A stretch of 64,000 bases of DNA from Polymyxa betae A26-41 (lineage: Eukaryota > Protista > Endomyxa: Phytomyxea). Within the stretch, counting starts at the first letter, position 1. The number at the start of each line of letters is the position of its first letter. Both the position numbers and the translations under genes were made by a program. Shown here in pieces: positions 1 to 11,289 of the stretch. The notes under the pieces are model-generated. The model searched no databases. It was not told the origin of the DNA and was given only the letters and a program-made list of their open reading frames with translations. Location: assembly GCA_003693705.1 (NCBI GenBank), contig RBZT01000266.1, forward strand, positions 1 through 64,000, written 5' to 3'.

Positions 1-832
1 CACTCTAAGTAGGTAACGTAAAAGCTGCGGTTCGCAGTTCTACAGTTAGTTAGGTGACGCTCGTTTCTGCGCACTTAGCTGCAAAGCAGGGGTGCGTTCG
101 TCAGTGGCGGTATTCTACGGACGCGGAGATAGGCGGTAACGTAATCTCAAGATTCGAGCTCTAGGCAATATAATAAACCCCATAAGCAGAGGGAATGAGG
201 AGAGGTTTGGGATCTGTGGCACATAGCACTTGATTTTCAGCAGCTTCGTGCGGAATACAGACTCCAGGTCCTTCTCGTCGTTGCCAAGCTGATCATCAAG
301 TGACCCTCTCGACGACGGCATTCACAACAAAAATGAGACAATGGAGAAAGTCCGTGATTCGGTGACCGGCGACTCACCTCATCGCTTCCACCCCTCCAAC
401 TGACTAACCGACCCGCTCGACCGGTTTTGGAACTCTACCAGAAGTTACGAGTTGTTGTTCAGTTGTCTATCCTTCCTAAGCATTTGTTTTGGAACTTTTA
501 CGTTTATAAGGTAATAACAAGTATGAATCTAAATGCATGCCGGGGCACGCTTAAATAGCGACTGCGGGGCGGCGGCGAACTTGGAGACAAGACTGTTACA
601 GTGGGGCGTCGAACGACGTTCCAGTCACTCTGTCGACAGTCACTTCGGCAGGGTTGCGCCTGACTTACCAAGAACTGCGCGCGGCCTGTACGCGGATTGC
701 GCCAACGGGGGGCTGCGCAAACATGACACTCCCCCCATAATACATGATTTAGGTGAAGGAAATCAGTCCTACAACGAGGACAACCGAGATCCCGAACGCA
801 TGATCATTCATCAAATTGTTCTGCTTTCCATG

Positions 833-849
833 AAACCCTAAAACCCTAG
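833..849. repeat. Telomere-type tract AAACCCTAAAACCCTAG, 14 nt beyond the kinase stop codon
   Basis: Read directly; identical 17-mer at 6030-6046 and 6917-6933. Confidence 0.9.
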
Positions 850-863
850 GCGAACCGCTTCGG

Positions 864-2762
864 TTAGCTGTTATAATACCGGCGCAGAGACTGGACGATC
901 TCGTCCTGAACTCCGTCGGCCGCAACGTAATCGAAACTGGCCAAAGCCTGGCAGAATTTCTCCGACAGTTGCAGGCGCCGGTACGACCCGTGCTCGACGC
1001 CGGTCGGACGACGCCAGCGCCGGCAGAGACGCGACCGGGTGTGTGGCAGGTCGATGGAGATGGGCCGCGGACAGGCCGGCGCAGGGACGAGGCCGTACTG
1101 GACCAGGGCCCAGTCGGTATTGGCAAAGAAGGGATGCTGCTTGATCTGATCCGGATCTGCCAGACGCCGCTCGGGATCTTTTTGCAGCAGACAGGTGAGT
1201 AACGAAATCGAGTTCGCGTTGAACGCGTCGTCGTCGAAGTCCGGCTCACAGCGGACGGCGATGCGATCCGAATCGTCCCCGAACCCCGCGAACGGAGCCT
1301 GGAACACAGCGCTGATCAGCGCTCATACAGATTCGTGGGAGAATTTCAAAAAGAAAAACAAATTTGAAAAAATATTAAAAAGTTTTTGCTTCAACCCTTC
1401 CAGATAGGATCATATAGAGGACAACACCATAGCTGAAGTAATCGCAGATATAGTTATAGGGTCGGCTTAGGACCACCTCGGGGGCAGTATACCCCGGAGT
1501 CCCATAATATCCGGTGACCGTGGCACCAGCCGCCTCAGTCCGTACGGCCATCCCAAAGTCCGAGATCTTACAGTGACCGCTCTCATCCAGCAGTACATTA
1601 TCCAGTTTCAGATCTCTGCACTATGATAAGCGTGACGCAGTCCGCAGCGGACCTGAGTACCGGAAGATGATGTGTTGGGCGTGTATGGCTTGGAGGCCGA
1701 GCAGAATCTCGGCTGCGTAGAATCGGGCGTGTTCTGGTGAGAAGCGACCCTGTTCCAGGAGATGTGTGCGCAGATCTCCGCCGCGAATGAGTTCGAGCCT
1801 GATTAGGGTTTAGGGTTTAGGGTTTGAGGGGTTTGTTTCCTCTCTGACATGAATATGAGAGTGCGATCATCCTGTAATGCATATTTAAGTGCAGATACGA
1901 ATGGAGATCGAACTGATATAAGCGCATCTCTCTCTGACATTACACGATCTACTGCATCACGTCCATACACGGACCTTTTACTGAGACATTTCGCAGCCAA
2001 CCTAAACACAGCATCTATTAACACAAGTCCGTGACGGCGTCCGTGATACACCCACATCTGTCCTGTAGATTTCCTGCGACATGCATACACAGTCCCAAAT
2101 GCACCTATAAACAGTCCGAATTATGTTCGTTGCGGACTCCGTGCACCCACCCTCTCCGATCAGGGCCAGTATGTCAAAGTCATCGAGGCGAATGGGGGCG
2201 GCCGCCACCCCAAGACCCCGCCGGTACGTCTGGAATTGCGGACTTGTACGGAACCGTGGATAGACGTCGAATTTCAGATCCACGAGGATCTGTAACGAAA
2301 TCAGTAACATGAGATGTATCGTGGCTGTGTGTGTTACGACCTGTTGGCGGATCTGGTCGAATAGATCGACTGGAGCTTCACCTGCCGTCACGGACTGCGT
2401 CACGGCATTCAGTGTAGTACCGTATACCCCAATTAAGTTCGTTGGACCGATACGTAAGTCCGAGACGGACTCCGCGGCATTCAAATACTTATCGAAAATA
2501 AGCGGGGCCAGACGTTGCCGAAGTCCGAGCTCACTACAGTATGTTCAGCTACGGACACCGTCACGGACTTTAGCACTTGACCTGATCTGTTCATAGAACT
2601 CGATCTCCGACAGGAACAGTAGACGATCATCACAGGGATGTTGTGTCCGCAGATACAGGTCCAGGCAGTACCGGCCCAGGGGTTCCGCATACGCTATATC
2701 AAAGTGCGGATTCGGTAACAGAAGTGAGTCGGTGACTGTAACGAGAGGATTAACAGGACGGA
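864..2762 (-). CDS. RGS domain plus AGC-family Ser/Thr kinase (GRK-like), 8 exons; probably the C-terminal part of one gene starting at 5961
   Basis: Spliced translation gives RGS-like EPLGRYCLDLYL...LLFLSEIEFYEQI...IFDKYL...DLFDQI...DVYPRFRTS, then IGEGAFGTVY, LAAK, IIFRDLKLDNVLLD, KISDFG, GTPGYTAPE, LLQKDPERRL, IKQHPFF. Phase-compatible GT-AG introns at 2534-2581, 2290-2340, 2105-2150, 2002-2055, 1799-1848, 1616-1660 and 1299-1395. Confidence 0.85.
1803..1834. repeat. (TTTAGGG)x3 plus a degenerate unit filling most of the 50-nt intron 1799-1848
   Basis: TTAGGGTTTAGGGTTTAGGGTTTGAGGGGTTT on +; the intron splits codon M in LIFM-LELIRGGDL. Confidence 0.92.
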
Positions 2763-2841
2763 CTGCAGCCCCATCACACCAACACATCATCACACATCAT
2801 AGAAATATCCCATTCCTCTCTGTGGAAAGATATTTTCTCAC

Positions 2842-2869
2842 AAACCCTAAACCCTAGAAAAACCCTAAA
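2842..2869. repeat. Telomere-type tract AAACCCTAAACCCTAGAAAAACCCTAAA
   Basis: Read directly; lies in predicted intron 2763-2898, or just after TAG 2885 if the locus is two genes. Confidence 0.88.
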
Positions 2870-2898
2870 CTCGGAAAGTTTGCGCTATATTGAGGTAC

Positions 2899-5800
2899 AT
2901 TGATAATAATCCGGGGCGCTGTTCACCGTGGTCAGAAACCGGGTCGTGCCGTCCCCGGCGCCGGCCACGGACATCTCCGAAGCAGTACGACGGATGGGTA
3001 CCGAGTCGCGGACATTCTGATTAGCGATCCAGATCTGATGCATCCGTGACTGGAATAGACGTTGAATACAGGGCGGAGTCCGTCTCTCTATCTGACGCAT
3101 TCCGCGACGGCAATCGCGATTGAGGCCCCGGTCTCGAGCTAAAGTCCGTAGCTGGTCGTGCAGAGCCTGTAGAATACGTCTCCGAACGGATCGGAGTCCA
3201 ACACACCACGGGAATGCTGATAAACGTGTCCGTGATAGATGTCGTTGTAACGCAGCTAATATTAGAGCTCCGTGCGCTGATAGACGATCCGGACTTTTAC
3301 GTAGACTGCAGACTAGCTCTTGACATGACGAGAAACGTAACGATTTCGATTTGAACTCGCGGCGTATTTCTTGAAGAATCGCACTGAAACATTCTGTCAG
3401 ATGTCGAAACAGAAACGAGCGCGTTTTCTTAAAGTAAAATGTGAGCCGAGACCGACATGAAACGTGATGATGGTAACGAGTCTCTTACAGATGGACAATA
3501 TCACGGAGTCCGATAATAACTTGATCATGTCCTGTTAGGTTACGATCACATACAATACCGATCCGATCCCGATTACGCACACGATCCAGGACCTGTAATT
3601 TATGCGCCGGAGACAGAAGGGCGACCAGGGCGAACAGGACGACGGCGAAGGGCGAGTACCACGGGTGCGGGCCCGCGTCACTCCGATCCAGATGCAGCGG
3701 GCCGCGAATCGAGATACACCGAGCCGATCGGGGCACCGTCGATCGGTAGATCTGCAAGCGGTGCGTACCGGCCCCGTCCACGATCACGGCCCGATGCAGG
3801 AACTGCGGCTCCTGACGATGAATGGACGCGCAGATCCGGGACGCGGTCCTCTCCACGGACCCACGCAGACGCCAACGACGCTGTTTGGCGATCTGCTCGA
3901 TCACGGGCTCCGAATCGAAATCGAATAAAACCTGCAGAATTTCAACAATTAATTTTCGAGAAAAGTTAAAAAAAAACTTGTCAAAAAAATAAAACGAAAA
4001 AGTTTTAAAACACTTTTGTAAGAATAAAACAAAATCGAAACCAATTAACGCACCTGATCAAGATCATCGCAATCGACGCAGAACAGTCCGGCGTTTGGAC
4101 GCGACAGATGCGCGGCCATGTCCGCGGCCGAGATCAAGTCCGAGATCGGCACGCGCGGACTCACGACGATCACGTACTGGACCACGCCGAGCCAGGCCGC
4201 ATCGGGGCCGGACAGCGTCCGGTATCGATCCAGGTCCCAGATCGCCGCGCGCAGGTTCAGCTGGGCGAGTACGGCGAGCCATTGCGTGCACTGATCCGGT
4301 GTGAACGTGTTCGAGGTGACCAGGACCGCGTCCGGAGCGGGTTGCGGATCGAACTGCGGCACGGACCTGATCGGATGTTCGACCTGATCAATGGGTAGAC
4401 CATGGCGTAGGAGTATTGCGGACCAGCTCGTGGACGTGAATGGACGTGATCCGAGATGGTCGCACATGGTCACGTCCAATGCGAACTCGACCTGAGATCC
4501 CGTCCCCGCTGATATAATAATCATTCAATTATACATTGAAGTAATAGAATATTTTGAGAAAAAAACGCAAAAAAATATGTGAATGATGGAAGGCGATTAC
4601 CATGAGAGACAGGATATCGAGCTAATTGCGGATTAACAATGACAGAGTGATCGCCATCGCATTCCGTGAAACGCAATCCGGATCCCAGCATGACGTGGAC
4701 CTCCACATCATCGCCGGCGTCCGTCTCGAGCCGTACTGGCCGCGGACTGATGTTGGTGACGCGGAGGCGGATGGGAGCGACCTCGTCCGACGTGAGCAGT
4801 GATGGCCACGATACAGCATCGAGATGTAACGGAAACTGGGCCACCACCTCGATACAGCCCGAGTCCGTCGTCGAGAATGTGCGGTCGGCCAGTACGACCT
4901 CGGGACGGAGCACGAAATGCCGTCGATAGTGCCGATTCGGCGCGCGTTCCCGGGGCGTGACAGATGGGATACGGAGTCGGATCGGGTCCGTAACATGGTA
5001 GTCAGTGCGTGGCGGAATCCGCGGCAGTGGGCGAGTATCACCGAGGGTGACGGAGTTCCCGACGGCCGTACGGAATAGCAGTTGCGTGGGCGGTAACGAT
5101 ATCGACCCGGTGTTATGTACACGGACCTGACGGACTTCGAATTCGGCACCCGGTTCGAATATTCCGTCTCCGTCGGCGTCGTACAGGTCCCAGCATGTTA
5201 CAACTCCGTGGTACATCTCGGGACCAGATTCTGTAACATTACCATCCTCATCTAGTACATGATACATTACAGCCCCGGGGCGGCCAGCATTCCCATCCTG
5301 ACTGCAAGCGCCACGGCGTCCAGGACGTCCATCTGCGCTGTTATGTCCACCATACCCGGCGCGGCCTCCATCGCCAGGTTCGCCACGGAGTCCGCCGCGG
5401 CCGCCGGTATTATCGACGCGTATCCACATGAGAATAGCGGGATCTGTAACGCAGATAGTAACATCAGCACCATCGCCTCCATCACCACCACGGCCAGCAT
5501 TCCCTCCATGTCCGCCATTCCCACCACCACAATATTCACCACTGAAATTATATCCATCACCCTATACACACAGGTAACGTATCAGCACCAATATACGATA
5601 CACGGACACCGTCACGGACTCCGTTACCACCACGTCCCCCATTGCCTCCGGGCCCACCATCATGTCCGCGGGCCTGTATCACCACCTGCCCAGGTGCGAC
5701 AGGCAACCGCATACGATGTCGGTGGTGCTGGTCCACTCGAACGACGATATCGTCTCCCTCCCAGCATAGATGAATATTAATGGGGGGAGGATTATACCCC

Positions 5801-5961
5801 GGGACCCCATTCACCCCATGACCACCGGCCTCTCCATCCCCGCCACCGGCCCGGTCCCCGGTCCCGTGCAGGCCCGGGGCACCATCGGCCACGGGCGGGG
5901 GCGTGACAGGGACCACGCCATGGGCGGTCAGGTCGAGGATCAGGTCGGCGTCGTTCACCAT
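2899..5961 (-). CDS. Gly-rich (collagen/PGRS-like) repeat protein followed by beta-rich and helical domains of unknown function, 5 exons; splices in frame into the RGS-kinase
   Basis: ATG 5961; exons 5620-5961, 4601-5561, 4054-4508, 3489-3931 and 2899-3383 are open and phase-compatible; GGxGGxGG repeats and a DADGDGIFEPG motif. The first donor could be one of three phase-0 GTs. Confidence 0.7.
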
Positions 5962-6029
5962 AAAAAAATCAAGGAGAGAGACAAAGGAGGGTCGCGACCT
6001 AACAATCAGACAAGGGGCACTCGTCACAT

Positions 6030-6048
6030 AAACCCTAAAACCCTAGCT
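6030..6048. repeat. Telomere-type tract AAACCCTAAAACCCTAGCT in the 93-nt spacer between two tandem genes
   Basis: Read directly between stop 6055 and ATG 5961. Confidence 0.9.
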
Positions 6049-6054
6049 AGTGTT

Positions 6055-7292
6055 TCATTCCCATTCGATTTCGAACGACGTGATCTGCAGGCACTGGGCG
6101 ATGCCGGCCAGCTGGGCCTGGACGGCAGTCTCGTCCACCGAGTCCTGGAACATGTCGATCCCGAATCGGACTGCGTCGCGGCCCTGTTTCGTCATGGCCC
6201 ACTTCCCGACAATACGTCCGTCGACCAGGACGACCCCGTGAATGATTCCGTTCTTGGTCCAGACCCGGGGCCGGAATTCATCAGGTATGAGCCAGGTCTT
6301 GCGCTGATGCGCCAGTACGACCGGATCGAACACATACAACATTCGTAACGGAATAGGATCCGTGCCCTGATATTTGTCCCATTCCTGTATCAAGCTGGTA
6401 GGTAGTAACATATCATCATCAACAGTCTGTAGATCTCCGCAGTTCAGTAACTCCATCACGGCATTCCGTGAGACAGCGGATCGCAATCCCATCATGTAAC
6501 GAAAGTCCGGTTCGGTAGCGGGCCCGTACGCCCCGAAATACCGCAGGGCCGCCCGACGCACAGCATCCGGGACGGCGTGTGGTTGCCAGGGCGTACTGGT
6601 CCAGGCCTGACGTGGACGCATGTTGGTGATACGGTTAACGCGGCCTCGCCCTAGAGGCCAGGCTCCGTACCCGCCCAGCGTTAGCAACATGCGGATGGAG
6701 CGGGAGGTTGTTGGATCATGCCGGTCAGTGTAGGCGAACTCGGCCGAATTAGCGAGCAGTTGGTCGGCGACGTGACGGACACGGTCGCGGACTAGATCCG
6801 GGTCCGAGACACGATCCAGACAGTGGGCATGCAGGACGTCTGACACACAGCCTACGATCAAGGGCCAATCGTCGATGTGATAGGCGTGCAGAGTGCCTAC
6901 GACGCCATAAACCCCAAAACCCTAAAACCCTAGGAATGGAATGTACCTCGCTGTCCCCAGATCTTGACGAGATTACGCCCAGCACTGACGATATCGGATT
7001 CAGTGAGCGTACTACCGGCACCGGTGTCGCAAGCGAGAGCACCGCCTTCTAATCGATTCCAAATCGAGATTAAAGACGCCACCTAGATGATGTCGTCAGG
7101 TCAAGGGGACGATCAGCAGGCAACGACGGCAACATTATCCTGGGCCTGTACGCCGAGTAGTGCGATGGCGACCTCGTCTGGCGTCTGGAACCCGCTTCCG
7201 GCAAGACCAGATCGATGTATACGCCATCGTCGGATCTTGTCTGATAACGACACCGACTTGGTAGAGGTCCTAGAGGAACGTCGCGGCGGCAT
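6055..7292 (-). CDS. AlkZ/YcaQ-family (HTH_42 winged-helix) DNA glycosylase, 3 exons
   Basis: Spliced product has LLGVQAQD (Q-hydrophobic-Q motif), KIWGQRGTLH, YFGAYGPAT..DFRYMMG, LYVFDPVVLAH and VLVDGRIVGKW; GT-AG introns 7083-7133 and 6897-6946. Confidence 0.85.
6909..6933. repeat. Telomere-type tract AAACCCCAAAACCCTAAAACCCTAG inside 50-nt intron 6897-6946
   Basis: Read directly; the intron splits the conserved RG-TLH motif within the Gly codon. Confidence 0.9.
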
Positions 7293-7354
7293 TTTATAGA
7301 ATGCGGGTGACAGAAAGGCATCAACACTAACAAACTTGATGCAAAAAAACTATG

Positions 7355-7425
7355 TGCACCGACCGAGAATCGAACTCGGGTCAACTGCTTGGAAGGCAGC
7401 TATTCTACCATTGAACCATCGGTGC
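7355..7425 (-). tRNA. tRNA-Gly(TCC)
   Basis: GCACCGA/TCGGTGC acceptor stem, D arm with TGGTAGA, anticodon arm GCTGC-CTTCCAA-GCAGT, T loop GTTCGATTC, followed by a T7 Pol III terminator. Confidence 0.96.
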
Positions 7426-7839
7426 CACCTCTTGGAAACATTCACGTATAAATGGCACTTGAGCCCGACGGCGACTAAATGCATGAGACACAGCCGTAGG
7501 TTGACTGCTGTCCTAATTATTTTGTGTTTACTCTCTCGAGTGTTGATGGACAAATCCACTGTCTATGCACTAAGCAAATACAATCAGCTGAAGAAATATC
7601 AACCTGGCGGTTTAGCCATCAAATCTCTTCGATGAGTTTCTCTCAGCATCTCCTGTTCGTACAATCAGCATCTGTTGCATGGATTGCAACTTTTAATTAC
7701 TCAGCATAACATGCTGGATTCCACTCTCACATTGTTCTGGACAACTGGGCGTGAAGAGAGCCGTACATGATACGATTTTGATATTCCGTAGCATTTAACA
7801 ACCTACAAAGTGGCTTTCAAAGCGGCATTGAACGTTGTC

Positions 7840-8397
7840 ATGAGCATAAGGTCGGAGAAGGAGAAGATGGTACGTGGCGACTTGTACAACGCCATGGATC
7901 CCGAGCTATGCCGCGATCGTGCTCGAGCCCGAGCTTTGCTTAATCGGCTGAGTGATTCTGCCGAGGTCGATCAAGAGGGCGCCTGCTATCAGCTGTTCGG
8001 CAAAGCTGGTGTGAATCTCTGGGTGCAGGCGCCCTTCTATTGCGATTATGGATATAACATCGAGGTCGGCGATGATGTCTTCTTCAATTTCAATTGTGTG
8101 GCGCTGGATGGTGCCCCGATCAAGATCGGAAGCAGGACGTTATTCGGGCCTAATGTTCAGATCTATACGTCGACACATCCACTCGATTACAGAGAACGAG
8201 CTAAAGGCCTAGAAAACGCAAAGCCCATTGCTATTGGCGATGATGTCTGGGTTGGAGGCAATGCTGTGTTCTGTCCTGGAGTGTCGATTGGTGATCGAGC
8301 TGTAATTGGTGCTGGGAGTGTTGTGACGAAGGACATCCCTGCTGATGTTGTAGTAGCTGGCAATCCAGCAAAGATTATTCGACGATTGGCGGCTTAG
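7840..8397 (+). CDS. Maltose/galactoside O-acetyltransferase (hexapeptide-repeat), intronless
   Basis: SEKEKMVRGDLYNAMDPEL Mac-type N-terminus, PFYCDYGYNI, IGDDVWVGG and GAGSVVTKDIP..VVVAGNPAKIIR. Confidence 0.93.
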   Translation: MSIRSEKEKMVRGDLYNAMDPELCRDRARARALLNRLSDSAEVDQEGACYQLFGKAGVNLWVQAPFYCDYGYNIEVGDDVFFNFNCVALDGAPIKIGSRTLFGPNVQIYTSTHPLDYRERAKGLENAKPIAIGDDVWVGGNAVFCPGVSIGDRAVIGAGSVVTKDIPADVVVAGNPAKIIRRLAA

Positions 8398-9074
8398 AGG
8401 CTTCTAACAAAGAAGGTTGGTATTCCTTAGCACAATAATAAGCATCAGAATTTGATAGCATTCAGGTTGCTATGCTGCATTAGACATTCAAAATTCTCAT
8501 AAAAATATTGTCTAAGAAATTATTGGATCCTGTTAGAACTAACCAAAAATATTCTTCTGCATCAAAAGTGCAGTGATACCAGGCCTTCATACTAGCGACT
8601 AGGCAGACCATTATCATGAAAGCTCGCGCACGCTTTGCAGGCGAATCAACCCTCGGCGGCAAACCTCATTCTAAATAGAACCCCCAAACCAAAGCTAGAA
8701 TGGACAAACGACATCTTCCGCCCTGGCATCTTAGACTGCCTTGGAGGTTGGCTGGCTGGAGTCCGGTCTGGGGTCCCTCCCACGGCCGCCCCCTGAGCCC
8801 AACGTCTCTAATATCGGGCTTATAGGGTATATGGGGTGGACAAGCAATTAGGGTCATGGGGTCACCCGATGACCCCATGAGCCCGCACCTGGGGTTGGTG
8901 CTGCTGAGACAGTCTTGCCTGTCAGTTTCGAATTCGGGTACGTCGTGGTCGGGATCTGGCAGGCGGCACGAGCGTACCTTCGAGCAGATATTACCACGAA
9001 TCGATTCGGTTGTGTTGCAATCTCGACCTTAGTGTGAATCCGGGTCGTTGTCGAAGTTCACTTCGCAGCAGGCC

Positions 9075-10447
9075 ATGTTCACTGATTTGTCGGTAAGCTC
9101 ACTCAACTTCGTTAGCTGTTTTTATTTTTGGCGAATTTAACAACTCATTGCAGACGACGTTGGCGAGCTTCGACAGTCTATCCTGGGACCAACAAGTTCA
9201 GACACTAAAATATGTGATAGAAATCCTCGATGACCAAGGTGGTCAAAGCTTAATTCTTAGCAACATGTAAGATTTCGATTGAAAGCTCTTCTCAATTATA
9301 CTGATTTGGACTTTGCAGACGTCAGATCTGCATCGTCACCGCAACTGCATTGGCTAGCTTGCGCTCGATGGTGGTTCGTATCGGGATATCCGCTCTAACA
9401 GCGTTGTTCTTTCGCCTCGGCCATTCCATGGACAGCGAAATCGATTATCTTATGAACCCTGTCGTGAAGAAGGCATCGGATAGTGGCAACAAGTTCATCC
9501 GTGATGAAGCAATTGAGCTGTTGAATGTTATGAGCATGACGACATCACCAATCTCCTTATGTAAATCTCTGCTGGACTATGTGTTGTCGAAAAATGATTC
9601 GATTCGGAAGATAATGACGGATCTTATCGTCAAATGTCTGCAAAAATCTGCCAACAAGATCGTCTCGAACCGGAATCTCGTCTCGAAGCTTGTTACAACA
9701 CTGGCGACTTTGCTGGGTGATAAATCTGCAACTGTTCGAGAAAGAGCTCGAAACAGTCTTTTGATGATCAAGAATTGTCTGGGAAAAGCGAAGTTCTCAA
9801 AATTCTCGTCATCTACGCTGTCTTCTGCCGTTCTAAGCGCGATCGATGTTGCCGATAGCCAGAGCCGAAATCGGTATATTCGAAGTGCACCTCAAGTTCG
9901 TAAAGTGAAGATTGGCCCTCTGCAGCCACTCATGACCAGCCGTCGGCCAGATCCTCTCTCAAGGGTGGGCTCTGAGTGCTCAGACGAGAGCATTGGCAAT
10001 GTCTCATTCGACAAAGTCCCACGTCGACAAACGGCATCGTCGAACCTCTATAATAGGAAGTTCTGCGCCGAACCTGAGTTGTCGACGTTCAAGGTTCCTA
10101 TCAACGACGAAGGATGCACGAATCGAAGGACAACCATTTGCACCGTCGATGGAAAGATGCTAAGAACCCAGCCCATACCTCCTGTGCCTCCATTTCGAGC
10201 CAGTAAATTCGTGCCGAACCCACCACGAGCACCGACATACGGGTACGAGCAAGCACAAGGAGAGAGAACGCTGGCGCCTCGTATTTTCGAGCTGTCCTTG
10301 TTACATAGCCGAATGAAACCCTATACGAACGACGCCGAAGCAAGGAATCGACGAGCTTCGGAGATGTTCGTCGCAGGCCGATTAGCCGGCGAGTCGTTAA
10401 TCCAGGCAGGCGAGCTAGGGCAAAGGCGACGATCCTACCATGCATAG
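9075..10447 (+). CDS. CLASP-N/TOG (HEAT-repeat) domain protein, copy 1, 3 exons
   Basis: ASLRSMVVR, KKASDSGNKFIRDEA and LGDKSATVRERAR resemble CLASP/TOGARAM TOG repeats; two short 5' exons from ATG 9075. Confidence 0.7.
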
Positions 10448-11289
10448 TCTGACTAACTTTTATACCTAGTGATTGTAAATTTAGTATATTCACAATGCAA
10501 TCGAAGAGTCATCATGTCTCTTGTAATCAGCACTGGGGACTCTCCCTCTCTAATCACTCCCTTTCTTCAATGAAGGGGGCTGCGCCCTCTTGTCATGAGA
10601 TCTTGTCTTCATTCGTCATTATAGCGATTGCCAGAGTCTGTCATTCAGTTATGATCATGGGCGTCGCCATGGGAGGGATTGCCCAGATTAAGAGGTCCTT
10701 GGTATCCGATCCCGATCCCCATCGACCCTTGCCTTCAAATTGGGGATTGCCTATAGGTTACAAACAGCATTGTGCCATTCAATTGAGGTGCAACTCAAGG
10801 CATAAAGTACAACCCAGCACCACTTAATAGATTAAAGAAAACATATTCTCAGGATAGAACTCGTTATTGGAGATGCATCAGACTTCGCCATCTGAATCCA
10901 AGGTCTTTTATCGCATCTCGACGGCTAAACAGCTGCCTTGTCAGTTGAATTGAAAAGCAGAGTATTGTTTCCTATCACTTCGTTCTAGCGGCCTTCTCCG
11001 TGGATTCTTTGGACGTGTCTTTCTCATCCTTTTGCTTCTATAATCGCTGTATCGTATCCTATTTAAAAATTCAAACCGCACCTGCAATTGGCTTTGAACA
11101 ACATTGAATGATTCATTCTTTATCAGTTCAAAGCATATTTGAGGCGATACCTCGGTTTTGTACGGTTTTTATCAGAAAGCGACAGACTTCAATAGTGCTA
11201 TATTCTAACCGTACGTTGCGATCTGATCTTCCAACTAATAGCAGTTTTGTCGCTATATAACACAATCACTTCAGCCCTTCGTGGCGAGC

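Noticed and set aside
115-841. ORFs 115-321 (-) and 533-841 (+)
   Set aside because: Splice-like signals suggest a minus-strand gene here, but I could not build a consistent model or recognise a product.
833-6933. Telomeric tracts as a real chromosome end or a scaffold mis-join
   Set aside because: Tracts are only 2-4 units, occur in both orientations, and sit within genes that read continuously across them.
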